From a candidate division WOR-3 bacterium UBA6260 (GTDB lineage Bacteria > Hydrothermota > 32-111), in assembly GCA_002441125.1 (NCBI GenBank), contig DJVI01000003.1, forward strand, positions 153,383-217,382: DNA of 64,000 nucleotides, read 5' to 3'. The notes beneath the pieces are model-generated. The model searched no databases and was not told the origin of the DNA. It worked only from the letters and a program-made list of their open reading frames with translations. This document shows positions 1-8,854 of the stretch, one piece after another; the stretch's first letter is position 1, and the number at the start of each line of letters is the position of its first letter. The position numbers and the translations under genes are program-made.

Positions 1-228
1 TTCCGTGTATCTTTTTCTCGATATTATGTTGTAAAGATACCGTTTAGAATCATATATCTGCGTCTCTTTTTTTAAATTTTCAATAAGGTTATCATCAACC
101 TCTTTGCCAGAAAAGAGATCAAATTTCAACAAAAGTTGATCATAGGTTGAAAGAGAAAATTTTTCATCAATAAAAATATTCACTTTCTCTTTATTTCTCT
201 TTGCTCTCTCTATTTTTGTTATCTTCAA
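1..228 (-). CDS. recX: RecX regulatory protein (5' part; truncated by window edge; not in ORF track)
   Basis: My translation from TTG at 228: [76 protein letters not shown]. It matches the long-type RecX N-terminus, overlaps the recA 3' end and is open to position 1. Confidence 0.8.
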   Translation of the reverse strand, partial: MKITKIERAKRNKEKVNIFIDEKFSLSTYDQLLLKFDLFSGKEVDDNLIENLKKETQIYDSKRYLYNIISRKRYTE

Positions 229-1216
229 CTATCATCCCCAAAGCTTTTCTTATTTTAGTTTCTATCTCATCCGCCACCTTCTTATTCTCTCTTAAAAATT
301 GTCTCACATTCTCTTTTCCCTGTCCAAGTTTTATATCTCCATAAGAAAACCATGCTCCAGTTTTTTCAATAATGTTCAAACTTGTTCCAAGATCAACTAT
401 CTCGCCATCCTTAGATATTCCCTCTCCAAAATATATTGAAACGAGAGCTTTTTTGAATGGTGGTGCAACTTTGTTTTTTACTACTTTAACCTCAATGTTG
501 TTTCCAACTTCCTCTTCACCAACCTTTATAGAACTTATTCTTCTCACTTCAAGCCTTACTGAAGCATGAAACTTTAGAGCAAGCCCTCCCGGCGTTGTCA
601 TAGGGTTACCAAACATAACACCAATTTTGTATCTCACCTGATTTATAAATATTACTGCAGTCTTTGATCTGTTTATAACAGCGGTAAGTTTTCTCAAAGC
701 TTGAGACATCAACCTCGCCTGCAATCCCATGTGAGAATCACCCATATCTCCCTCTATCTCTGCTTTTGGAACAAGTGCTGCAACCGAATCAATAACTACA
801 ACATCTATACTTCCACTACTAACAAGTTTTTCAGTTATCTCAAGAGCCTGTTCACCCGTATCAGGTTGTGATACAAGAAGGTTATCTATATCTACTCCGA
901 GTTTCGTTGCATAAGTTGGATCGAGAGCATGTTCTGCGTCAATGTAGGCAGCCATCCCTCCATTTTTCTGAGCTTGAGCAACAACCTGTAAAGCGAGTGT
1001 AGTTTTACCACTTGATTCTGCACCATAAATTTCAACTATCCTTCCCCTCGGAATACCACCAACTCCCAAAGCAGCATCTATAGCTATTGAACCTGTTGAA
1101 ATTATATCTCCAGCAACCATACCCTTGTCACCAAGACGCATTATCGCACCTTTTCCAAAATCTTTCTCTATCTGTTTCAATGTCATTTCAAGTGATTTCA
1201 TTTTGTTACTATCCAT
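191..1216 (-). CDS. recA: Recombinase A
   Basis: Walker [62 protein letters not shown]. Confidence 0.99.
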   Translation of the reverse strand: MDSNKMKSLEMTLKQIEKDFGKGAIMRLGDKGMVAGDIISTGSIAIDAALGVGGIPRGRIVEIYGAESSGKTTLALQVVAQAQKNGGMAAYIDAEHALDPTYATKLGVDIDNLLVSQPDTGEQALEITEKLVSSGSIDVVVIDSVAALVPKAEIEGDMGDSHMGLQARLMSQALRKLTAVINRSKTAVIFINQVRYKIGVMFGNPMTTPGGLALKFHASVRLEVRRISSIKVGEEEVGNNIEVKVVKNKVAPPFKKALVSIYFGEGISKDGEIVDLGTSLNIIEKTGAWFSYGDIKLGQGKENVRQFLRENKKVADEIETKIRKALGMIVEDNKNRESKEK

Positions 1217-1218
1217 AT

Positions 1219-1785
1219 CTATACCTCCTGATTTATTTCATGTAAAGGAATGTAAATTGGTTGATTATCGACAAATTTCGACTCAAAAAGAACCAAGGAA
1301 TTTATAGAGTATTTCTTTGATTCGAAGAAAGTTTTCTTCTCGTTTACAAATTTAAAAAGTAGATTTCCATCGAATTCTTCCTTTATTCTCGCTATAGTTA
1401 TATGAGCGTTAAAATTTTTTCTATCAAAATCTATCCCTTTTTTAATTAGATTTTCCCTTATATTGCCCACAGTATCTTTCAATTCATCAGTTACTTCAAG
1501 GGAATAAAAGAATATCGCAGGATAGTTGTTTTTGTTAAAGAATTTTAAGCCTTCACCTTTTACCTGTATGGATTTGAAATTGACAGAATTCATTATATCT
1601 ATAATCTGTGGAACAACCTTTTCATCCACCTGACCTAAAAAAGCAACTGTTATATGCATGTTATCAGGTTTAACCCAATTTACACCTTTAAGCTCAAGAT
1701 TGTTTTTTATTTTATGTTGAACAAGCAAAAGTTCATTTTTTAAATCTGATGGAATTTTAAAGGCGATGAATAATCTTTTACTCAT
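1219..1785 (-). CDS. thpR: RNA 2',3'-cyclic phosphodiesterase (2H family)
   Basis: RLFIAF start, two 2H motifs HITVAFLG and HITIAR, typical position between cinA and recA. Confidence 0.9.
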   Translation of the reverse strand: MSKRLFIAFKIPSDLKNELLLVQHKIKNNLELKGVNWVKPDNMHITVAFLGQVDEKVVPQIIDIMNSVNFKSIQVKGEGLKFFNKNNYPAIFFYSLEVTDELKDTVGNIRENLIKKGIDFDRKNFNAHITIARIKEEFDGNLLFKFVNEKKTFFESKKYSINSLVLFESKFVDNQPIYIPLHEINQEV

Positions 1786-2959
1786 TCTTTATCCTCCTTA
1801 AAATTGAAAAAATCGAAAGATTAACAGATTTCTGTCTTACTATATCCCTGCTTCCATTAAAAACATACTTCTCAGTTTGTAATCTATTTTTGTAAAATGT
1901 TGAAATGAAAACTGTTCCAACAGGTTTTTCTATACTGCCACCTGAAGGACCAGCGATACCGGTTATTGAAACGGAAATATCAGATCTAAAAATTTTAGAA
2001 CAATTTTTTGCCATCATCTCTGCAACTTCAGAAGAAACTGCACCATATTTTTCTAACAGTTTTCTATCAACTTTCAGAATACTATTTTTTGAACCGTTCG
2101 AATAAACAACTACTCCACCAAGAAAAAATTTACTCGATCCTTCAATGTCTGTAAGGTATTTTGATAAAAGACCTCCAGTGCATGACTCTGCAACGGAGAG
2201 TTTTAAATTCTTCTTTTCCAACTCTCCTTTTAGATAAAGGTTTAAATCTTTAGCATCAGTTTCAAGAAATTTTTCTTTAAATTTATTCTTTAAAAATTTT
2301 AAAATTTCCTTTTTTGAAAAGTATAGATCAATAAAACCAAAGATTGGATAGAAGTGTATATCTGAAATAGTTTTTGAATCGAATTCTTCTTTCAGTAACT
2401 GATATATCTGAGTCTCTGTAGTATCAAAAATTTTTATATTATATTCTTTCCTAACTGCCCTGTTTGGAATAACCTTTTCAAGAACATTATCTGTTATCCA
2501 TTCAACCTCTCTCGTTACACCGGGTAATAAAAATATTTTTACACCTTTATAAACAATAGAATGGCAGAATGCAATTCCTGCGCCATTTTCAAATATTTTT
2601 GAACCATTTATAGTTAATGATTGTCTTATTAGAATTTTGTTATCAGCTTTCATCTTTTTGGAAATTTTTTCATATATCTTCTCAGAAAAAACAAGTTTTC
2701 TTTTTAAGGATTTCGCAACAGCACTTAATGTTATATCATCGACTGTTGGTCCCAAACCACCTGTTATAACTATAATTTTGGAATCTTTAATCGAAAGATG
2801 TAAAACTCTATTTATATTTTTAAAATTGTCTCCAACGAAATATTTGCCTGTTATGAAATATCCTTTTTTCAAAAGCAAATTTGAAATTATCGTTGAATTT
2901 CTTTCAACTATTCTGTTTTTTAAAATCTCATCCCCAACTATTATTATTGATGCTTTCAT
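1778..2959 (-). CDS. cinA: CinA-like competence/damage-inducible protein (MoCF-binding domain plus PncC NMN deamidase domain)
   Basis: IIIVGDEIL, ITGGLGPTVDDIT, LLPGV; C-terminal SVAESCTGG, GAVSSEVAEMMA, ITGIAGPSGG..KPVGTV. Confidence 0.92.
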   Translation of the reverse strand: MKASIIIVGDEILKNRIVERNSTIISNLLLKKGYFITGKYFVGDNFKNINRVLHLSIKDSKIIVITGGLGPTVDDITLSAVAKSLKRKLVFSEKIYEKISKKMKADNKILIRQSLTINGSKIFENGAGIAFCHSIVYKGVKIFLLPGVTREVEWITDNVLEKVIPNRAVRKEYNIKIFDTTETQIYQLLKEEFDSKTISDIHFYPIFGFIDLYFSKKEILKFLKNKFKEKFLETDAKDLNLYLKGELEKKNLKLSVAESCTGGLLSKYLTDIEGSSKFFLGGVVVYSNGSKNSILKVDRKLLEKYGAVSSEVAEMMAKNCSKIFRSDISVSITGIAGPSGGSIEKPVGTVFISTFYKNRLQTEKYVFNGSRDIVRQKSVNLSIFSILRRIKNE

Positions 2960-3396
2960 AAAATAAAAATGATAAAATGTGTTATAAGGTTTGCCAGAAT
3001 TCCTGCCATTATATCATCAAGAAGTATTCCAGTTGCACCTTCAATTTTTTCAAATCTATCGAGAAAAAAAATTTTTGAAATATCGAGGTATCTGAAGATC
3101 AGAATTGAAATAAATATAACTAAGAAATTTTTTGGTAAAAACATTATTGAAATTGTAGCTCCAACAAGTTCATCTATAACTATTCTTTTATCATCTCCAA
3201 AAAATTTTTTCGAGTTGGATATCGAAATATATGAAAGAAAAAGAATCAAAGAGAAAAAATCAAATAGAAGAGTGAAACTACCTTTGGTAAAAAAGAACCA
3301 TAAAAAAAGAAGAAGAAAAGAAACTATTGTTCCGCCACCTTTAATTTTTCCTATAAAAAAAACAGTATTGATAACAGAATAAAAGAATTCGATCAT
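2956..3396 (-). CDS. pgpA: Phosphatidylglycerophosphatase A
   Basis: GGGT, IVIDELVG, FRYLDISK, GILLDDIMAG motifs; membrane protein upstream of cinA. Confidence 0.85.
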   Translation of the reverse strand: MIEFFYSVINTVFFIGKIKGGGTIVSFLLLFLWFFFTKGSFTLLFDFFSLILFLSYISISNSKKFFGDDKRIVIDELVGATISIMFLPKNFLVIFISILIFRYLDISKIFFLDRFEKIEGATGILLDDIMAGILANLITHFIIFIL

Positions 3397-4142
3397 CTGT
3401 AAATCTCTGGAATCTTTTTAAGTTCTTTTATCTCTTCCTGTGAGAAAAGGGTAAGATAGTTTAAAATTATTATAATCCTTTTTTCGTTTTTAAAAATTCC
3501 AACACCTTCTATATATTCCAATTTATTTTCTGGAAGAAAAGGTGGAATACTTTTTATATCTGGTTTTTCAAGCTTAACTATTCCAATGAGTTTATCAACA
3601 TAAAAACCTATCCTAAGTTCGTCGAGTTTCATTATAACTATAGAGCCGTTTTCACTCCTCCTATTAACTTTCAACCCAAACTTTTCTCTAAGATCAAAAA
3701 GAGGAAGAAAACCTTCTTTGTCGTTTAAAACTCCAAAAAAACTTTTGCTTTTCATTCCAATATCCAAAGGATCCTTATATTTTATTATCTGCCTTACAAG
3801 GTCAGAATCAATTCCATACTCCTCTTCGTTCAATTTAAAAGAAACATACTCTTTCTCTTCTTCAGAATCATCTTCCCTTTTTAAAGAATTTTCATCTTTT
3901 GAAAAATACTCACTTTCAACTTTTTGCTCAGGATTTTCTCTCCCTTCCGAAAAATCATCTTTTAAAGGTTTTGAATTTTTTTCATCAACTTTCAGATCTT
4001 TTATCTCTTCTTTTTCAATTAACTTTTCATCTTCACTTTTTGTCACTTCTTTTCTTTCTTCAACTTTTTCTTTTTCCTTATCATCTTTACTTTTTGTTTT
4101 ACCAACATTGAAAAGAGATGAAAGATCAATTTTCTTTTTCAT
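3393..4142 (-). CDS. cheW: CheW-like coupling protein with a long acidic/lysine-rich N-terminal extension
   Basis: C-terminal ~150 aa: YVSFKLNEEEYGID..VRQII, GVLN..G.FLPLFDLREKFGL, IGFYVDKLIGI, YIEGVG; the first ~95 aa are E/K low complexity. Confidence 0.85.
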   Translation of the reverse strand: MKKKIDLSSLFNVGKTKSKDDKEKEKVEERKEVTKSEDEKLIEKEEIKDLKVDEKNSKPLKDDFSEGRENPEQKVESEYFSKDENSLKREDDSEEEKEYVSFKLNEEEYGIDSDLVRQIIKYKDPLDIGMKSKSFFGVLNDKEGFLPLFDLREKFGLKVNRRSENGSIVIMKLDELRIGFYVDKLIGIVKLEKPDIKSIPPFLPENKLEYIEGVGIFKNEKRIIIILNYLTLFSQEEIKELKKIPEIYR

Positions 4143-4971
4143 ACTTTTCCCCCAGAATCTCTTTTAATTTCATTTCAGATTTTTGAGCCCACTTACTGAA
4201 TCTGTTTTTTTTAATAAGGTCTTTCAAAGTATTGATACCTTTTTTTTCCATGCCAGATTTTATATAAACTAATCCCAAATAATAATAAGCTTCAAGTAAA
4301 TTTGGACCTATCTTTATAGCTTCCTTCAAAAAATTAACCGAATCATCAAACATTTCCCTTTCCATGTATATAAGACCGAGATAAAAGTTCGCATACATTA
4401 AAGCAACTTTGTCATTTGAATTTTTTAGAACAAATGTTAGATGTTCTATCGCTTCTCCATAGATACCTTTCTTGAAACAAACAAAACCAAGGTTATTTTT
4501 TGCTATAGAGTTTTCAGGATCTATCTGTAAAACTTTTTGAAAGACTATCATAGCATCATCATACCTTTCCTTGTTTATATAAGCCCATCCCAAAAGATCC
4601 AAAGTCTTGACATCGTTTGGAGCAAGAGAGCTCGCTTTTTCCAAAACCTGAATGGCATCATCGTACTGTTCTTCAACTAAAAAATTCCATCCCTTGTCTA
4701 TATAAGTTGTCAGATCAACTTTCGATATTCTCATATTCTGAACAAAGTTTTCAAAAGAACTTTTATCTGTTTTTTTACTTTTTACCTTTTTGGCTAATTC
4801 TTTTATCTTTAAATTTGACTGAACAAGGAACTCGTTAAGATCTATTATCTCTTTATAAAGGTTTAAAATCTGATTTTTTATAGTTTTCTCATCAAATTTA
4901 TTCGAATCTATCTGGGCTGAAATAATATCTATTTCTTTCTCAAGTTCTTTTTTGAATTCTTTAAATTTCAT
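4126..4971 (-). CDS. Tetratricopeptide-repeat protein with N-terminal coiled coil
   Basis: About 5-6 TPR units (GWAYINKERYDDAMIVFQKVLQIDPEN, NNLGFVCFKKGIYGEAIEHL, AYYYLGLVY). Confidence 0.8.
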   Translation of the reverse strand: MKFKEFKKELEKEIDIISAQIDSNKFDEKTIKNQILNLYKEIIDLNEFLVQSNLKIKELAKKVKSKKTDKSSFENFVQNMRISKVDLTTYIDKGWNFLVEEQYDDAIQVLEKASSLAPNDVKTLDLLGWAYINKERYDDAMIVFQKVLQIDPENSIAKNNLGFVCFKKGIYGEAIEHLTFVLKNSNDKVALMYANFYLGLIYMEREMFDDSVNFLKEAIKIGPNLLEAYYYLGLVYIKSGMEKKGINTLKDLIKKNRFSKWAQKSEMKLKEILGEKYEKEN

Positions 4972-5992
4972 TTACCAGTTCCTCTATCTTTTCTGCTATA
5001 TTTTTTCTATCAAGCACAAAATCAACAGCCCCCGTTTCTTCTGCAGCTTTAGGCATTCCGTATATCAAAGCACTCTCCTTCGATTCAGCAATATTTTTTC
5101 CATTCATCTTCTTTATTATATTAACACCCTCACTTCCATCTTTACCCATCCCCGTAAGAACAACACCTATGATTCTGTTCCTAAAATGTTTTACAGCAGA
5201 TATCATCATTATATCTGCGGAAGGTCTTACAGAATGGTAAGGTGGATCATCCGTATGTATTATGTATCCATTCTCATCAAAAACCATATGTTTTCCACCC
5301 TGAGCAATAACACAATCTCCATTCAAAAGTTTACAGTTATCATAAGACTCAAAAACATTCAACTGTGAAAGGGAATCTAACCTTTCTGCAAAAGATCTCG
5401 TAAAACCTGCAGGCATATGTTGAACTATTGCTATAGCTGCATCTATATTGCCCTTAATTTTTGGAATGATATCCATCAAAGTTTTTGGTCCACCTGTTGA
5501 TGATGCTATAGCAACAAGTTTCGTTGCTTCGATTCTTTCCGATTTAAAAACCTTTTTACTTTTTTCAATCTCAACAATCTCACTACCAACATCTTTCAGG
5601 TTTGCCTTCAACCCTGCTTTCAGTTTTGTCAGGATCTCATTTTTTTTATCCTTGTAATCCAAAGATGAAGGTTTTTCAACAACATCTATTGCACCAAGTT
5701 CAAGTGCTTTTAATGCAATTTTTGAGCCTGTTTTTGTATATGAACTAACAATCAAAACAGGTATATTTTTTATCTTTAAAATATGCTGCAATGCTATAAG
5801 ACCATTTACCTTTGGCATCTCTATATCTAAAGTCACTATATCTGGATCAACTTCTTTTATTTTGTCTATTGCTTCAAGTCCATCACTCGCTTCATCAACA
5901 ACGGTAAACTCCTCATCGGAATTTATAATATCTTTCAAAATCCTTCTAATGAGAGCTGAATCATCAACCACAAGTACTTTAAATTTTTTCAA
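4961..5992 (-). CDS. cheB: Chemotaxis response regulator protein-glutamate methylesterase
   Basis: Receiver VLVVDDS/VTLDIEMP plus esterase triad motifs ASSTGGP, VQHMP, RPSAD, GVVLTGMGKDG. Confidence 0.96.
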   Translation of the reverse strand: MKKFKVLVVDDSALIRRILKDIINSDEEFTVVDEASDGLEAIDKIKEVDPDIVTLDIEMPKVNGLIALQHILKIKNIPVLIVSSYTKTGSKIALKALELGAIDVVEKPSSLDYKDKKNEILTKLKAGLKANLKDVGSEIVEIEKSKKVFKSERIEATKLVAIASSTGGPKTLMDIIPKIKGNIDAAIAIVQHMPAGFTRSFAERLDSLSQLNVFESYDNCKLLNGDCVIAQGGKHMVFDENGYIIHTDDPPYHSVRPSADIMMISAVKHFRNRIIGVVLTGMGKDGSEGVNIIKKMNGKNIAESKESALIYGMPKAAEETGAVDFVLDRKNIAEKIEELVNEI

Positions 5993-6468
5993 ATGTAAAT
6001 CTCTCCATTTTTTATTGAGATAACTCTTAAAATTCCAGTTTTAACATTAAACTCTACAGATCTGCTGTAATCACTTCCAACATCTTCAGCAACAACAGGT
6101 ATCCTGAGTTCCTTAAGCATCCTTCTTGCAATTTCAACATTTCTGTAACCTATAGAATCCTCAACACTCTTTATGAATGTGGAAAACATGTTAGCTCCTC
6201 CAACAAGTTTCGATTCCATTCTGTACTTTTTTGCGCCAAGTTGTTCCATCTCCAAAATAAGGTTAGCAAGACCTGTATCACAGTATTTGTAAGGATTAAA
6301 AACAACATTAGAGTAAGTTCTTGAAGGTAACATGTAGTGTATCATACCACCTATTTTTTTTTCCCTATCGTAAAGAGTCAAAGCGACACAGGACCCAAGT
6401 CCTATTGTCTTTAAAATATCCTCCTCAAAACCTATATTTGCATCAGCAATCTTAATGTTGATTATCAA
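5989..6468 (-). CDS. cheD: Chemoreceptor glutamine deamidase
   Basis: TIGLGSCVALTLYD, GGMIHYMLP, KLVGGANMF, IGYRN, AEDVG. Confidence 0.93.
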   Translation of the reverse strand: MIINIKIADANIGFEEDILKTIGLGSCVALTLYDREKKIGGMIHYMLPSRTYSNVVFNPYKYCDTGLANLILEMEQLGAKKYRMESKLVGGANMFSTFIKSVEDSIGYRNVEIARRMLKELRIPVVAEDVGSDYSRSVEFNVKTGILRVISIKNGEIYI

Positions 6469-7261
6469 TTTTTTTAAAAACCCTCTCTTTAATGTTTATA
6501 GACTTATAAAGTGTTTTTGTGTTACCAGTCAAGATCTCTACCTTGCCAAGTACAAGGATCCCTTCAGGAAGTAAAAGATCATAGAAGACATAAAACATTT
6601 TTTCCTGAAATTCTTTTGAAAAATAGATCAGAACATTCCTACATATTATAAAATCAAATTTGCCAAGAGTAAAGAGTATATTTTCTTCCTTTATATCTAA
6701 AATTTTAAAATATACATTCTCTTTCAATGACTCATCCAAATAGAAGTAATCTCCAATTTTTTTAAAATATTTTTTAACTTCCAAATCGTTAAGCTCTATA
6801 AGTGAATAGTCCCTGTACATACCTAAATGTGCCTTGTTGATAGCATCCTCATCAACATCTATTCCAACTATTTCATAGTTAAAATCTTTTTTAGCACTAA
6901 GTTTTTTCATAATTATGTTTAGAGAGTAAACCTCTTCACCTGTTGAACAACCTACACTTAAAATCCTTATCCTCTCTTTTTTTCTGATTAGTTCTGGGAA
7001 AATATATAGCTCAAGAAAATCGAAAGTTTCCCTGTTTCGAAAAAACCTCGTTACATTTATTGTTAATGTTTCTTTTAATATGTTTAATTCTTCTTTATCA
7101 CTTTTCAAAAATTGCAAATATTCCAAAAAAGTTTTCTTTCCTGTAGCTCTCATCCTTACCATAAGTCTTCTTTTAAAAGGTCTCTCCTTATATATACTTC
7201 CATCTATACCTATCTTTTGACTTATGAAATCCACAAGGATCTTATAATCTATCTCATCCAT
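6452..7261 (-). CDS. cheR: Protein-glutamate O-methyltransferase
   Basis: LTINVTRFFR, ILSVGCSTGEEVYSL, FDFIICRNVLIYF, GILVLGKVE. Confidence 0.95.
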   Translation of the reverse strand: MDEIDYKILVDFISQKIGIDGSIYKERPFKRRLMVRMRATGKKTFLEYLQFLKSDKEELNILKETLTINVTRFFRNRETFDFLELYIFPELIRKKERIRILSVGCSTGEEVYSLNIIMKKLSAKKDFNYEIVGIDVDEDAINKAHLGMYRDYSLIELNDLEVKKYFKKIGDYFYLDESLKENVYFKILDIKEENILFTLGKFDFIICRNVLIYFSKEFQEKMFYVFYDLLLPEGILVLGKVEILTGNTKTLYKSINIKERVFKKIDNQH

Positions 7262-8852
7262 TTTTTACTGTGTTTATAGTTTTTTTCAAAATCTCATTGT
7301 TAGGTTGTAATTTCAAAGCTTCCTCCCAAAATTTAAGAGCATCATCCTTTTTACCTTTTCTGTATTTTATGTTACCCAGTTTATAAAAGACATCAAAATC
7401 ACCTTTGTTAAGGTTTACTATCTGTTCAAGTATAATTTCCGCTGCCTCAAAATTTTTTTCGAGAAAATAAAAATCTACCAAAGATTTGTAAGGGAGAATC
7501 TCATCTCCACAGGTTTCTATACTTTTTTTCAAAAAATTTTCAGCTGTTTCATGTTTTCCAACTGAAAGATAAATCTGGCCGATATTGTAATAGTATTGCC
7601 AAACGGATGGATCATTTTTTGATAGTTCAAAAAATATTTCGGTCGCCTGATTTACCATTCCATATTCAAAGTATATAAGGGCCAAATAGTATTTCGCATA
7701 TTTTAGTCCCTTCTCTATATTCAAAGCCATTCTTAATTTTTCTTCAGCCTCAGTAAAAAGATTCTCCTTAAAAAGTAGAATTCCATAGTTTGCAAGAATC
7801 TTTGGATTTTCAGGCTCCAATTTTACAGCCCTTTCATAAAACTCTTCAGCTCTTTCAAACATACCTAACCTTTCATAGGTGAGAGCAATATTGTTAAAAA
7901 GGGATACATTTACTATGCCCAATTTTAAAAGTTCCTCAAAATATTTTAAAGATTCATTGTAATTGCCCATTCTAAAATATATCAAACCAAGATAAAAATA
8001 AGACTTTGCGTCACTCTTATCTATCTGAATTATGTGCTTAAACTCTCTTATCGCTTCATCATACATCTCCGTTAAAAGGAAGGCAATTCCAAGGTTGTAA
8101 TGTTCCATTATCTTATTATGAGAATCTATAGCTACTTCAGAACTCTTCTCTTCTCCAGAATATATATATCCGAGTTTTAAAAGTGTGTAAAGTTCTTTAC
8201 CTGTTTCATATTTGCCTATAGTTGAGTTTTCAAAAATATCTTTCAATGTTTTATAACCATCAACGAGAGAAAAAATATACCTTGTTGACTGATTTTCAAT
8301 ATCTTCTTCTTTTTTTATACCTGTTTTTACAAGAACCGTTTTTTCGGAAGGTAACTCTTTTTCAATAATTGACCATTCATCTATTTTTCTTGCCTCTTCA
8401 AGTAAAATATCGTCAGCCTCTATCTCAACAGTTATCGTCTCGGTAACTGGTTCTATGTTAGGTTCAAAATTAAAGAATCCACTCTTCCAGGTTAAAAGAG
8501 TAAAGATACTATCTGTTATCTGCTGTTTGATCCTTTTCTCAAGAACCTCTTTAGAAACAAAATTCATCTCAACAAGTATATCGCCCAATCTTTTTGATGA
8601 TTTTATCTCCTCTTGATACTCTAAAGCTTTTTCAAGTTGTTCTTTGGTTATATCGTTTGATTTCAAAAGAAGATTACCTATTCTTTCTTCCCTATTAACT
8701 ATAGAGCAATATATTATTTTTCCATCTTTGAAAAAAATATCTCCAAAGTTCTTTTTGTCTGATACACTTAAAACACCTGTTTTTCTTCCAAGTGAAAGTA
8801 ACTGTATTATATCAGGTAAAGATGCCTCTTGAAGATTTCCTCTTATTGCCAT
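7254..8852 (-). CDS. DUF4388 (PATAN-like) + tandem MshEN-like motif + TPR protein
   Basis: N-terminus IRGNLQEASLPDIIQLLSLGRKTGVL..IFFKDGKII and FTLLTWKSGFFNF (DUF4388); RIGNLL/RLGDIL motifs; ~8 TPRs. Start placed at ATG 8852 (GAGG 7 nt upstream). Confidence 0.8.
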   Translation of the reverse strand: MAIRGNLQEASLPDIIQLLSLGRKTGVLSVSDKKNFGDIFFKDGKIIYCSIVNREERIGNLLLKSNDITKEQLEKALEYQEEIKSSKRLGDILVEMNFVSKEVLEKRIKQQITDSIFTLLTWKSGFFNFEPNIEPVTETITVEIEADDILLEEARKIDEWSIIEKELPSEKTVLVKTGIKKEEDIENQSTRYIFSLVDGYKTLKDIFENSTIGKYETGKELYTLLKLGYIYSGEEKSSEVAIDSHNKIMEHYNLGIAFLLTEMYDEAIREFKHIIQIDKSDAKSYFYLGLIYFRMGNYNESLKYFEELLKLGIVNVSLFNNIALTYERLGMFERAEEFYERAVKLEPENPKILANYGILLFKENLFTEAEEKLRMALNIEKGLKYAKYYLALIYFEYGMVNQATEIFFELSKNDPSVWQYYYNIGQIYLSVGKHETAENFLKKSIETCGDEILPYKSLVDFYFLEKNFEAAEIILEQIVNLNKGDFDVFYKLGNIKYRKGKKDDALKFWEEALKLQPNNEILKKTINTVKNG

Positions 8853-8854
8853 TA

